Shown here in pieces: positions 38,937 through 48,461 of a DNA stretch of 64,000 nucleotides; position 1 is the first letter of the stretch, and every line of letters begins with the position of its first letter. The notes below the pieces were generated by a model that did no database searches, was not told the DNA's origin, and was given only the letters and a program-made list of their open reading frames with translations. Source of the DNA: Bdellovibrionales bacterium (GTDB lineage Bacteria > Bdellovibrionota > Bdellovibrionia > Bdellovibrionales > DASUEL01); assembly GCA_050250255.1 (NCBI GenBank), contig JBFWOZ010000005.1, positions 32,001 through 96,000 of the forward strand, in the 5' to 3' direction. The translations under genes and the position numbers were made by a program.

Positions 38937-39160
38937 CTTTACAACATTGGGAGTTTCACTCCCTATTAATATGGCGCGTCATGATCTGTTAAAATGAGAT
39001 GAAGGAGGATCCGAGGTTCTCATTTTGAGACTTTAACGCAGAGGCACAATTTACCATTGCATTGAAATAACTGCAAGATAAATTATGCTTCGCGTAATAA
39101 TCAAATAACATAGTAAATACATGTATTTATAAATATTGATGGTTTGCGTTAAAATAATTT

Positions 39161-40051
39161 ATGGCACAGAATGTAATAAATCACCTGATTGGGGAGTTTT
39201 TGGAGGAGCAACAGCTCATCTCCCAAGCTTCTCCACATACTTTAAGAAGTTATACTTCAGACCTTTTACAAGCTTTTAGCCTTAAAACGCTTCCCCCACG
39301 CAGCCGTCCGAAAACCCCTGCCCTGACAGCAGAAGCACAAAAGATTCTTTTAGAGACTTGTTATAAAGCACAAAAGAGGTGGTCATCTCTTGCTTTCGCA
39401 AGTCGCAACCGGAAGTCCGCCACTCTCAAAAGCTTTTTGAAGTGGATGTACCATAAGGGCTATACGAATCAAAATATCGCTCATCGAATTCATGCACCCA
39501 AAGTCCCCAAAAAAATACCTCATTACATTTCTGTCGACGAGGTCGTCGCGCTTTTACACACTCTCAGCAAAAATAAAGAAGCTACGCACACTGAAAAAAC
39601 GCTCGTACTTCTGCTTTATGGTGGGGGCTTACGAATTTCTGAAGCCTGTAACCTCAAATGGAATCAAGTGGATCTTTCGGCGGGGGTTTTACGCGTAAAA
39701 GGAAAGGGCTCAAAGGAAAGACTGATTGCGCTCCCGCAATTGGCTCTTCAGGCGCTTAAAAAAATGCCACATGCAAGTCATTACGTATTTGGTGAGGAGC
39801 CTCTCTCGACACGAAAAGGTTATGAAATCATTCGTCAATGCGGACGTCGAGCGGGGTTGCTCAAACCGCTTCATCCGCACGCTCTTCGTCATAGTTATGC
39901 CACGCATCTCCTTACCAGCGGTGCGGATCTGCGAACGCTCCAAGAACTCTTGGGCCACGCAAACCTTCAGGCAACGGAACGTTACCTCCATTTGTCTATC
40001 GATCATCTTTCACGTGTCATGAATAAACATCATCCTTTGGGTGAGGATTGA
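39161..40051 (+). CDS. xerC: Tyrosine recombinase XerC/XerD family
   Basis: LLYGGGLRISE, KGKGSKER, HPHALRHSYATHLL, LLGHANLQATERY; XerC versus XerD not certain. Confidence 0.75.
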   Translation: MAQNVINHLIGEFLEEQQLISQASPHTLRSYTSDLLQAFSLKTLPPRSRPKTPALTAEAQKILLETCYKAQKRWSSLAFASRNRKSATLKSFLKWMYHKGYTNQNIAHRIHAPKVPKKIPHYISVDEVVALLHTLSKNKEATHTEKTLVLLLYGGGLRISEACNLKWNQVDLSAGVLRVKGKGSKERLIALPQLALQALKKMPHASHYVFGEEPLSTRKGYEIIRQCGRRAGLLKPLHPHALRHSYATHLLTSGADLRTLQELLGHANLQATERYLHLSIDHLSRVMNKHHPLGED

Positions 40052-40076
40052 CTCTCAACCGTGCTCGACTTACCTT
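40048..40076 (+). promoter_or_regulatory. Putative leaderless sigma70 promoter of gmhB
   Basis: TTGACT-N17-TACCTT-N6-GTG(40083). Confidence 0.5.
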
Positions 40077-40082
40077 CACGGA

Positions 40083-40604
40083 GTGAAAAAAAAGGCCGTA
40101 TTTTTAGATCGCGATGGAACTATTATCATTGATAAAATCTATCTCAATGATGTGAACGGCGTAGAGTATATCCCGTATGCTTTGGATTCCCTTTTAAAGT
40201 TACAACAAGCAGGTTTTCTTCTTCTTGTGGCGACCAATCAATCCGGTGTCGCACGTGGAATTGTTCAACTAGAAAACCTTCATGCGATTCATGAAAAAAT
40301 ACAGCGCGACTGTGTCGCTTTGGGAGTCCAGATCGATGGATTTTATTACGCTCCCTACTCTGTGGAGAGTCATCATGAAATGAGAAAACCAAATCCGGGT
40401 ATGCTTCTTCAGGGAGCAAAAGAGCATCAGGTGGATCTCAGCAAAAGCTACATGATAGGAGACCGTGAATCTGACGTCGAAGCTGGCCTCAATGCCGGCA
40501 CAAAAAGTATTCTTCTTTCTCCAAAGCAGGTTCCCTCTAAAGCGCATTTCATCTGCGAAGATTTACGTTTAGCGACCGACTTTATCCTCCGCGCTAGTCA
40601 ATAA
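40083..40604 (+). CDS. gmhB: D,D-heptose 1,7-bisphosphate phosphatase (HAD IIIA)
   Basis: AVFLDRDGT, TNQSGVARG, RKPNPGM, MIGDRESD; GTG 40083 preferred to 40041. Confidence 0.85.
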   Translation: MKKKAVFLDRDGTIIIDKIYLNDVNGVEYIPYALDSLLKLQQAGFLLLVATNQSGVARGIVQLENLHAIHEKIQRDCVALGVQIDGFYYAPYSVESHHEMRKPNPGMLLQGAKEHQVDLSKSYMIGDRESDVEAGLNAGTKSILLSPKQVPSKAHFICEDLRLATDFILRASQ

Positions 40605-40677
40605 ATAGCGCTTATTATCACGCCCGTATCTCAATCTCAGACTGAGATGTCCCGCTTTGATTAAATCAAATTACGCT

Positions 40678-40704
40678 TCAGAGTCCCCTCGTTAATACCG
40701 AAAA
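40678..40704 (+). promoter_or_regulatory. Putative sigma28-type promoter
   Basis: TCAG-N15-ACCGAAAA upstream of the FecR-domain gene. Confidence 0.4.
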
Positions 40705-40721
40705 TACTATGAGGGATTATT

Positions 40722-42083
40722 ATGCTTCGAATAGATATGAGACACGTTATTTTGGTTTTAATTACTTTCTTTCTTCTCAGCGCTTCTGTGAGTCGCGGGG
40801 CGGATGGCGTTTTCATGGTCGTCAAGGGCGACGTGAAAGTCCAGAGCAAAGGAAAACTTGCGCCCGCAAAAGTGGGTTCAAAAGTTTTTCCTGCGGACAA
40901 AATCATCGCGGGTAAAGATTCTCGCGCAAAAGTTGTGATGTCCGATAAAAACATTCTTAACATCTCTCCTGACACTCAACTTGTCGTAGAGAAATACGTT
41001 TACGACCAAGCAAAAGATAAAAAGGAAGTTTCTCTCAATGTTCTCTATGGAAAAGTAAGAGCAACCGTAAATCAGAAATACGATGGGGATAAAAATAAGT
41101 TCCAAGTCAAAACTCCATCGGCTGTTGCCGGAGTTCGCGGAACCGACTTCTTGACATCCTATAGTCAATCAACAGGTGCATCCAAAATCGTAACCTTTGA
41201 AGGTAGCGTGCAGATGGGTTCCGGCGTAGATGCAAATGGAAACATTTCTAATCCTGTGATGGTGAACCCTGGGCAATTTAGTGTGGCTTCAACAAACGGT
41301 ACCTCACCCACACCACCAGCCGCAGTTCCTCCTGCCGAATTAAAAGCCATGAATCAAGAGACCAAAGCGGAAACAGCTTCAGGTGAGCGCGCAGTTGCGG
41401 GCGAATCTCAAAGCGGTGAAAACAAAAAAGATAATAAGGAAAACAAAGATAACAAATCTGAGAAATCAGAAGGTAAAGCCGACAAAGAAAAGTCAGAGGG
41501 AAAGTCTGATAAAGAGAAGTCAGAAAAATCTGACGGTAAATCAGATACAAAATCTACCAAGACAGAGGGCAAAGGCGATGCAAAGGGTGAAGCGAAAAAC
41601 GATGCCAAGCCTGGTGGTAAACCTGTAGTAAAAGCAGAGGGTAAAGGTGAAGCGAAGGCCGAACCTAAAGCTGAGCCCAAAGCCGAAGCTAAATCCGAAA
41701 CGAAATCAGATACGAAATCGACCGATGCGCGCGGTCCTGAACCAAAAGGCGGTGGAGATAAAACCGCAGGCTCAGATCCTAAAGCAAATCCTGAGGGCGG
41801 TCGCGCACCTGCGGCGACAGGACCTGGACCCGGTCCTGGTGGTCCTGCCCCAGCACCGGGCGGTGGACCGGCTCCTATGGGTCCTGGAATGAATGGGCCA
41901 CCTATGCCCCCTCCTTCTATGCTTGGGGATATGTCTAAGGAGCTTCCTCCAGAAATGCCACCTATGATTATGCCTCCTGAACCTCCGCCAACTCTTGGTG
42001 AAATCTACAAACCACCGGAGTTGTCACCAGATTTGATTCAACAAAAGACAAATCTGATCATCAATATCAACGTTCCTCAGTAA
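40722..42083 (+). CDS. Exported FecR-domain protein with long charged linker and Pro-rich tail
   Basis: Signal peptide; FQVKTPSAVAGVRGTDF FecR signature; K/E/D/S/G low-complexity region; P/G/M-rich tail. Confidence 0.85.
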   Translation: MLRIDMRHVILVLITFFLLSASVSRGADGVFMVVKGDVKVQSKGKLAPAKVGSKVFPADKIIAGKDSRAKVVMSDKNILNISPDTQLVVEKYVYDQAKDKKEVSLNVLYGKVRATVNQKYDGDKNKFQVKTPSAVAGVRGTDFLTSYSQSTGASKIVTFEGSVQMGSGVDANGNISNPVMVNPGQFSVASTNGTSPTPPAAVPPAELKAMNQETKAETASGERAVAGESQSGENKKDNKENKDNKSEKSEGKADKEKSEGKSDKEKSEKSDGKSDTKSTKTEGKGDAKGEAKNDAKPGGKPVVKAEGKGEAKAEPKAEPKAEAKSETKSDTKSTDARGPEPKGGGDKTAGSDPKANPEGGRAPAATGPGPGPGGPAPAPGGGPAPMGPGMNGPPMPPPSMLGDMSKELPPEMPPMIMPPEPPPTLGEIYKPPELSPDLIQQKTNLIININVPQ

Positions 42084-42103
42084 GCTCATCATCAAAACTC
42101 TAC

Positions 42104-42141
42104 CAAAGGTCTGGCTAAGATAGTCAGACCTTTGTGTTTTT
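42104..42141 (+). terminator. Intrinsic terminator
   Basis: CAAAGGTCTGGCTA-AGA-TAGTCAGACCTTTG-TGTTTTT. Confidence 0.75.
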
Positions 42142-42223
42142 GATTTACCCACGGTTTGCGGGATACAGCCTGATACGTTATCCTAGAAAGACTTCTCTAG
42201 ATTTTACAACAAGGAGTAAAGGC

Positions 42224-44335
42224 TTGCTTACACCGTGGCTTCTTCGCATGGGTTTCATCGTGGTTCTCATGAGTCCCCTTTTTTCGTTTTCTTCACATGC
42301 TCAAACAGTCAGAGTGCTTTACTCGCGCAGTGAATGGAACAAGTCTCCGCTTCGCATTGATTCCATTGCGATTCTGATTCGAGATCAAAAAAATGGTAAA
42401 ATCGTACAGATGCTTCTTAACGAAAGCACCATCGATTCTGGCCACTTCACCGGCACTTACCGTGTGCAGTGGGATGAAAAAAACTTAGAACCCGAAGTCT
42501 ACATACCAAAGAATAATACCGGCCAACTCGATAAACCCCAAGGCTCGCTCACTGCAGATCATTCAGCCGAAGCGCTCATTCGCTCTCAGAAAGTGGCGCG
42601 CACACCTTACGTTATGAGAAAAGATGAGAATGGCGAGCGCGTTCTTGAAATTTTCAATACACGTGAGGAAGCCTCGCAAGCTCTGCAAAATTACAAAGCC
42701 GCCCTTAAAGCAAAACCAAAAGCCGACGAGACGGTGACCGAATCTCTTCTCGAGACCGCCGAGAAAGCGAAACAATCCGAAGAACTCGTGAAAAACACCA
42801 AGGAAGCCATGGTCCGAGAGAGTGAGCGAAAAAAACTTCTCGATGAGCAGAAAAAACGACGTCAAGAAATGGTGCTCGCAATGGGAAAAATGCCTGCCGC
42901 CGAACAAGCGCGAAGAAAAAAAGTGAGCGCGGGATTACTCAATCAAGGGATGGAGTCTTATCATGCCAATGTCTACGATAAAGCTAATACTTTACTTAAA
43001 CAATCCTACGATCTAGATCCCACCAACACTGACGTTATTTTTACTCACGGCGTAGTCCAATATAAGTTGGATAAAAACAATGAGTCTCTTGTATCCTTAG
43101 ATCTCGCTAATGACGGAAAAGGAAAGTTTAATAAGAACGAAAGAGATTTTTATAAAGCTCTCAACTACTACAAGTTAAACGAAAATGCTCACGCTTTAAA
43201 AACATTAAAAAATTTAAAGTCCTTAAAAGATCCTGCTATTTCTCCCACATCCGCCTTTTACGAAGGTCTCGTTCTTTTTAAAGAAGCGAAATACGATGAG
43301 GCGAAAAATTCGTTTCAAGAAGTCCTCGATACTTCCTCCGATCCGGCCCTTGACCAGAAGGCTGAGGAGTATATGGAACAAATTGATAAAGCAAAGGCTT
43401 ATGCTAAAAACAGCGAGAAGAAATGGTTTCTAGGGATGACGGCAGGAATGCAGTATGATTCCAACGTCTTGCTTGTAAACTCTTCTTCGCCAAGCTCTTC
43501 AGATCCTAGCCAAGTTGCAGATTATCGTTACCTTACAGGTTTCAGTGCTGAGCACCGTGCGCTCTACTCAAAGGAGTATGAACTAAGCATCAAAGGACGA
43601 GCGGATTTAATGTATTCGACGAAAGCCGAAAACGTTGCCGCCGATCCCCTCGCCTACTCTTTAAAGGTCCCTTACAAATACAAAGGCATGCTCTTTCAAA
43701 AAGGTTTTACAGTTACCGCAACACCTGGATATGAAGTTCTCAACTTGGATGAAAACAGATCAGGAGCCAATAAAGATTATATCTCTACGATTCCCGAAAA
43801 AGATTTATACCTCACCTCTTATACCGGTGATTTAGCTACTATGTTTGTGATGACACAAGATTGGTTTACAGGCCTCACTCTCAAGTTACGCAGTGATTAC
43901 TCGAGCTCTAAAGCCGCAACCGGCGATAATGATCCAACAGCTTTTAAGTACACGCTCACTTATAACAACATGCTTTTTCTCAATACAAAAAAGAATCAAG
44001 CCGTGTTGGCAGATATTGGTTTTACCGACAACCGATCGTTAGGAAAAAACCTGACCTACAACAAGTATGATTTAGCCGCGACCTACATGCATCCGCTCTT
44101 CTACGATATACAGGGTATTTTTCAGTTAGCGATGTACCAGTCAAATTATCCAGATAAAAGTGGCGGACGCACAGATACGAACACGACGATGCTCTTAAAT
44201 TTTTCAAAACCGCTTTTGGAATGGTTATCGCTCTCGTTTGGCGGGAACTATATCAACAATCAATCCACGCTGACCGCAAACACTTACAACAAGTATACGA
44301 TCACAACGACGCTCTCGGCGAACTATTCGTTTTAG
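42224..44335 (+). CDS. Exported TPR protein with C-terminal outer-membrane beta-barrel
   Basis: TTG 42224 with AAGGAG SD; signal ...SSHA|Q; TPR-like helices; GMQYDSNV barrel start; ends ...LSANYSF (BAM-type signal). Confidence 0.75.
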   Translation: MLTPWLLRMGFIVVLMSPLFSFSSHAQTVRVLYSRSEWNKSPLRIDSIAILIRDQKNGKIVQMLLNESTIDSGHFTGTYRVQWDEKNLEPEVYIPKNNTGQLDKPQGSLTADHSAEALIRSQKVARTPYVMRKDENGERVLEIFNTREEASQALQNYKAALKAKPKADETVTESLLETAEKAKQSEELVKNTKEAMVRESERKKLLDEQKKRRQEMVLAMGKMPAAEQARRKKVSAGLLNQGMESYHANVYDKANTLLKQSYDLDPTNTDVIFTHGVVQYKLDKNNESLVSLDLANDGKGKFNKNERDFYKALNYYKLNENAHALKTLKNLKSLKDPAISPTSAFYEGLVLFKEAKYDEAKNSFQEVLDTSSDPALDQKAEEYMEQIDKAKAYAKNSEKKWFLGMTAGMQYDSNVLLVNSSSPSSSDPSQVADYRYLTGFSAEHRALYSKEYELSIKGRADLMYSTKAENVAADPLAYSLKVPYKYKGMLFQKGFTVTATPGYEVLNLDENRSGANKDYISTIPEKDLYLTSYTGDLATMFVMTQDWFTGLTLKLRSDYSSSKAATGDNDPTAFKYTLTYNNMLFLNTKKNQAVLADIGFTDNRSLGKNLTYNKYDLAATYMHPLFYDIQGIFQLAMYQSNYPDKSGGRTDTNTTMLLNFSKPLLEWLSLSFGGNYINNQSTLTANTYNKYTITTTLSANYSF

Positions 44336-45372
44336 ACGTCAGACTGTGGCTGGTTTATATAAGTGTAGTAAAATTGATGATAAGCCACCCGCATAACGGC
44401 GAAGATGGGTGGTGCAATAAAAATTCCGAGCAAACCCATCCAGCTTCCAAAAATAAGCATAAAAATCAAAAGCGGAACTTCTGGAAGATCCGCTTGCCCT
44501 CTCATTACGAGTGGAAGCACAAGGTTTCCTTCGATCTGCTGAGTAAGAAAAAAGACACCGACCACCCAAGGAATACGACTCGGGTCAGAAGCGAGCATGA
44601 TAAGCACCGCCACAACCACCATCACCAAGACACCAATATAAGGAATGATTCCAAAAATGGCGGTTAAAATTCCAAAGAGAACCCAGTACGGAGCGCCCAC
44701 GGCCCACAATCCAAGGGCCGTAATGCTTCCAACAATAACCATGTCAATGAGTTGAGCACGAAACCAAATACGAAGAACACTTGCACTTTCTTCAAAAAAC
44801 TTTTGGGCCTTATGCCTATGACGGATCGGAAAAACTTCGACCATCGAAGCGTAGTAAGACTTTGCACCTACCGCTGTGTAAAGGCCGATAAAAATAGCAA
44901 ATAGGGCTCCAGACACGGCTCCAATTCCAGAATATAAACCTACAGAAATTTGGCTGAGAGTTGTTTGAACGATAGCCCCCAACTGGATTTCTTCGATTTG
45001 AGAACCAAGCCAAGGAAAACGTCGAAGGGCTCGAGTCGCGAGCTCAGAAAGTCTTTTCCCAATCTCTGGTGCTTGTTCTGCAAGTGCGATGGCTTGATCC
45101 GCAGCAACCAAATAAATGCCATACCCAAGTCCCACTAAGAATAAAGTAAAGAGAATGAAAAGAAAAAAAGCACTTAAGGCGCGCGGAATATTATAACGAA
45201 CTCGCAGCAGCCTTAAAATCGGAGAAATCAATACGCCAATTCCTACGCCAATCAAACACGTTAAGACAACGGTGCGTGCAAAATAAAGAAGGGCTACAAA
45301 GCACACAAGAAAAACGGCATACGTGATAAGCATGACTTGTCGCTTGAAGGATTCGTTGTTTAATAGACCCAT
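44332..45372 (-). CDS. AI-2E family transporter
   Basis: Multiple TMs; IIPYIG, QQIEGNLVLPLV, GLLGIFIAPP motifs. Confidence 0.9.
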   Translation of the reverse strand: MGLLNNESFKRQVMLITYAVFLVCFVALLYFARTVVLTCLIGVGIGVLISPILRLLRVRYNIPRALSAFFLFILFTLFLVGLGYGIYLVAADQAIALAEQAPEIGKRLSELATRALRRFPWLGSQIEEIQLGAIVQTTLSQISVGLYSGIGAVSGALFAIFIGLYTAVGAKSYYASMVEVFPIRHRHKAQKFFEESASVLRIWFRAQLIDMVIVGSITALGLWAVGAPYWVLFGILTAIFGIIPYIGVLVMVVVAVLIMLASDPSRIPWVVGVFFLTQQIEGNLVLPLVMRGQADLPEVPLLIFMLIFGSWMGLLGIFIAPPIFAVMRVAYHQFYYTYINQPQSDV

Positions 45373-45452
45373 CTCTGTTCGATCTCATGGGGTAAAGAAA
45401 GTGTCAATTCTACGATCACCGGTGGGGCAAAATTCATCGTGAGTCGCATGAT

Positions 45453-46034
45453 TTAAGATAAAAGTTTTTCCAACGACTTCTCGACCTGGATGCGAGAAGT
45501 CTTGGAAGGTAAGGATGCATACAAAGCTTCATGGTCTCGAACAGAGGAAACCAAAAGGGTTTCAATTCCTTCTATTTGAGGCAGAACGCCTTGGAGAGAG
45601 AGGAGCTTCGTTTGAAATTGTAACTTCAAAATTTCTAGCTGGCGGCTTTTTTGAGCCGCCTCTAAAGAATGCCCTAACAAATCAAAGAGCGGCGAGAAAT
45701 CAATAATACCCTCATGACTTAATCGTTCAACAACCGCTACAAAGTAGAGCGCCGTCTCAATACGTTCATAATTTTCGCGAAGACCATCAAATGTTTTTAT
45801 GAGCTGAGCTTCCGTCAGTCGGTGAAGGCCCCCTTCACGCGTAGATCTTTGAAATTGAATATGAACGTAATGTGTAGGCTCAAGTGTCCCACCACCAAAA
45901 CGTTTGCGGCTTTGGACCGCGGACTTTGCGAAAAAACTCATTTTGGCGCCTTGACGAGTGAGCCCATGCACAATGAGGTCGCCCTCTCCATGACGGATGG
46001 TGCGCAAAATAATAATCTTTTCTTCTTCTTTCAT
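45453..46034 (-). CDS. recO: DNA repair protein RecO
   Basis: IILRTIRHGEGDLIV..LT..G, SRKRFGG.LEP N-terminal OB-fold pattern. Confidence 0.85.
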   Translation of the reverse strand: MKEEEKIIILRTIRHGEGDLIVHGLTRQGAKMSFFAKSAVQSRKRFGGGTLEPTHYVHIQFQRSTREGGLHRLTEAQLIKTFDGLRENYERIETALYFVAVVERLSHEGIIDFSPLFDLLGHSLEAAQKSRQLEILKLQFQTKLLSLQGVLPQIEGIETLLVSSVRDHEALYASLPSKTSRIQVEKSLEKLLS

Positions 46035-46043
46035 GGCGTCCTA

Positions 46044-47396
46044 TTAAGTCGCAAGCGAACTATAATAATAAAGACCAAAAAGCACCGAGATCGCGCTGAT
46101 ATCCGCAAGAATAGTAAACAAAGGAACCGATACAAACGCAGGATCAAGTTTTAATTTTTGTAAGAGCACGGGAATAAGACTTCCGGTGATGACGGTAAGA
46201 ATAATTTGGAGGCCTAAACTACAACCCAAGAGGACTGAGAGGTTCGCCTGTCCAACGAGCCAACGGCACCAAATAAATAAAAATCCCCCGAAGAGCACGC
46301 TAAAGATCGAACCGAGTTGCACTTCTTTGAGAAGATGAGCCGTAACTCCACTAAAAGAGAATTCTCCGTGTTTGGCCGCACCGACCGCCACCGTTGCGGA
46401 TTGGTTTCCTGCTGTAGAGCCCAAAGAAAGAAATAGGGGAATAAATCCAGCTAAGGCCCACCAGGTTTCACGTTTATCGTCAGGAACAATCAATTCAAAA
46501 ATAAAAAAGCACAAGATACCGCCACCAAAAGTGAGAAGAAGCCACGGAAAACGTGCCTTAAAGTGCCCAGCAATCGTCTCCTCTCCACCCCAGCCGGCAC
46601 GCCCCATGGCGAGGAGATCTTCATGAGCTTCCTCACGAATAATATCGATGACGTCATCTACCGTGATAATTCCCACAAGTTTTCCGCTGTCTACCACCGG
46701 AAGCGCAAGGAAGTCATAGCGCTCGACAACCTTGGCTACATCTTGCGGAGGAAGATCAATCGCCACACTGATGATATCGGGATCCATAATATCTTTTAAA
46801 GCCACGTTCGGGCGAGAAAGAATCAAGTCCTTCACGCTTAATACGCCGACAAGATTATTTGTTTCATCAATGACGTAAATATAAATTGCCGTATAGGAGT
46901 CTTCTTCTCGGCTTTGAATTTCTTTAATGGCATCAGAGACACTCAAGTTACAATTGAGCGCAAGGTAATCGGAGCTCATGATTGCACCCGCTGAATCCTC
47001 AGGGTAGCTCATGAGATCAGCAACGTCTTCGGATTCCTCTTTCACCATGCTAGCGAGAATGTCTTCTGACATGTTTTCAGGAAGTCGACCTAACAGATCG
47101 GCCGCATCGTCAGAATCCATTCGCTGAACAATCTGATTCGCTTCTTTAGGTTCAAGACTCTGAAGAAGCTCTACCTGCGTATTGGGCTTGAGATAACTGA
47201 TCACATCGGATCGTTTATCCATCGAAGCAATCATTTTGAAAATCGTGAGACGTTCGTCGGCTTCTAGTTCCTCAATGAGAGTTGCGATATCGGGTGTATG
47301 CGCTTTTTTCAGAATTTTCTGGACGTTCTGTAAAGCTCCCCGTCTGGAGAGCTTTCGAATGCTCGAAATGAGGATGGAAGCGCGGCGATCGATCAT
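46044..47396 (-). CDS. mgtE: Magnesium transporter MgtE
   Basis: MDSDDAAD, YPEDSAGAIM, CBS pair, GIITVDD, RFPWL, GNQS, KLDPA. Confidence 0.95.
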   Translation of the reverse strand: MIDRRASILISSIRKLSRRGALQNVQKILKKAHTPDIATLIEELEADERLTIFKMIASMDKRSDVISYLKPNTQVELLQSLEPKEANQIVQRMDSDDAADLLGRLPENMSEDILASMVKEESEDVADLMSYPEDSAGAIMSSDYLALNCNLSVSDAIKEIQSREEDSYTAIYIYVIDETNNLVGVLSVKDLILSRPNVALKDIMDPDIISVAIDLPPQDVAKVVERYDFLALPVVDSGKLVGIITVDDVIDIIREEAHEDLLAMGRAGWGGEETIAGHFKARFPWLLLTFGGGILCFFIFELIVPDDKRETWWALAGFIPLFLSLGSTAGNQSATVAVGAAKHGEFSFSGVTAHLLKEVQLGSIFSVLFGGFLFIWCRWLVGQANLSVLLGCSLGLQIILTVITGSLIPVLLQKLKLDPAFVSVPLFTILADISAISVLFGLYYYSSLAT

Positions 47397-48382
47397 GAAG
47401 CCAGCTTATCAAAGTCAGGACGTTTGCGTCTAAAATAAAAAATAGAACCAAAAACACCCCAAGACAGCATCACGATTTGATTCGCCGTAATGGCAGTTGG
47501 CCCGATAGTGCTTTGATATCCTAAATACATCGTGAAGAGAGCTAAGAAAGCCGCTTGCCCAACTCCAATTCCTGCCGGAGCAATAGGCGCTGCCATCGCA
47601 ATAAGCCCCACGGGAACGATGAAAAAATAAGCCTGCCAAGGAATCGCGGCACCCATAGCCTCACCGACGAGAATAAAAAATATCACGGCAATCGATTGCG
47701 AAATAACACTCAAAATAAGGGCTAGAAAAAGAGTGCCCGTGTGGCTCCGGTATTCATAAAAAACTTCGTGAAGACGCTGGAGAATTTTTCCGCCAGGGAG
47801 ACGTGCAAAAATACTTTGAAACGCGTTTTTCGAACGGCCTGAAAAGGAGAGAGCTAAGATGAGACCAAAAATAAGAAATAATGCGAAAGCTCCTATCGCG
47901 AGAGTGCGTAAATCCTCTTTCCCATCCATCAAATGGTAATTTGCCGCGAGTGCCACAAGGGAAACCACCACCATAGAGAAAAAACCAATAAGACGATCGA
48001 TAAAAATACTTGCCGCTGAAGCGAGTTTTCTCTCGGGATAATCTTGAGTGGTATAATAACCTTTTACTAGATCGCCCCCAACTCCACCTGGCATCGCAAG
48101 GTTAAAGAAAAGACCGATAAAACTCAGTTTCAACGTGGACCAGTATGTGACCGCAAAACCCTGACATCGTAAAAGGATGTACCAGCGAAAGTTATTGATG
48201 CAGATATTGACCAAAGTAACTAGATATCCCAAGAGTAAAAAAGTCGGAGTGAATATGGTCATCAGTTGGTTAAAATCTAAATGTCCACTCTTCACAAGCC
48301 AGGCGATCAAGCCAGCGGCAACGAGGACTTTTACGAGGGTGATTATGTTGTTTTTCATCTTCTTAGAATCCATAGACCTCAT
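47393..48382 (-). CDS. Lysylphosphatidylglycerol synthase TM-region (flippase-like) membrane protein
   Basis: RWYILL, GLFFNLAMPGGVGGDLVK, DRLIG, PIAPAGIGVG. Confidence 0.85.
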   Translation of the reverse strand: MRSMDSKKMKNNIITLVKVLVAAGLIAWLVKSGHLDFNQLMTIFTPTFLLLGYLVTLVNICINNFRWYILLRCQGFAVTYWSTLKLSFIGLFFNLAMPGGVGGDLVKGYYTTQDYPERKLASAASIFIDRLIGFFSMVVVSLVALAANYHLMDGKEDLRTLAIGAFALFLIFGLILALSFSGRSKNAFQSIFARLPGGKILQRLHEVFYEYRSHTGTLFLALILSVISQSIAVIFFILVGEAMGAAIPWQAYFFIVPVGLIAMAAPIAPAGIGVGQAAFLALFTMYLGYQSTIGPTAITANQIVMLSWGVFGSIFYFRRKRPDFDKLAS

Positions 48383-48411
48383 TGACGTTTCGCTCTAAAA
48401 ACACCTAAAAT
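48382..48411 (+). promoter_or_regulatory. Putative sigma70 promoter of ugd-uxs
   Basis: TTGACG-N18-TAAAAT. Confidence 0.45.
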
Positions 48412-48461
48412 GTCGACTTCTTTGGACATACGATTTAAGTCTTTCGCATGAGGGAAGTAAA

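Noticed and set aside
39087..39118. Possible dif site upstream of xerC (GCTTCGCGTAA...)
   Set aside because: The left arm partly matches a XerC arm, but there is no TTATGTTAAAT-like XerD arm at 6-bp spacing.
39161..40051. Tyrosine recombinase as a prophage or island integrase
   Set aside because: Size and motifs are XerC/D-like, neighbours are housekeeping genes, and no att repeats or phage genes are present.
41420..41720. Tandem-like DNA repeats in the FecR-domain gene
   Set aside because: They are degenerate codon-level repeats of a low-complexity linker, not a DNA repeat array.
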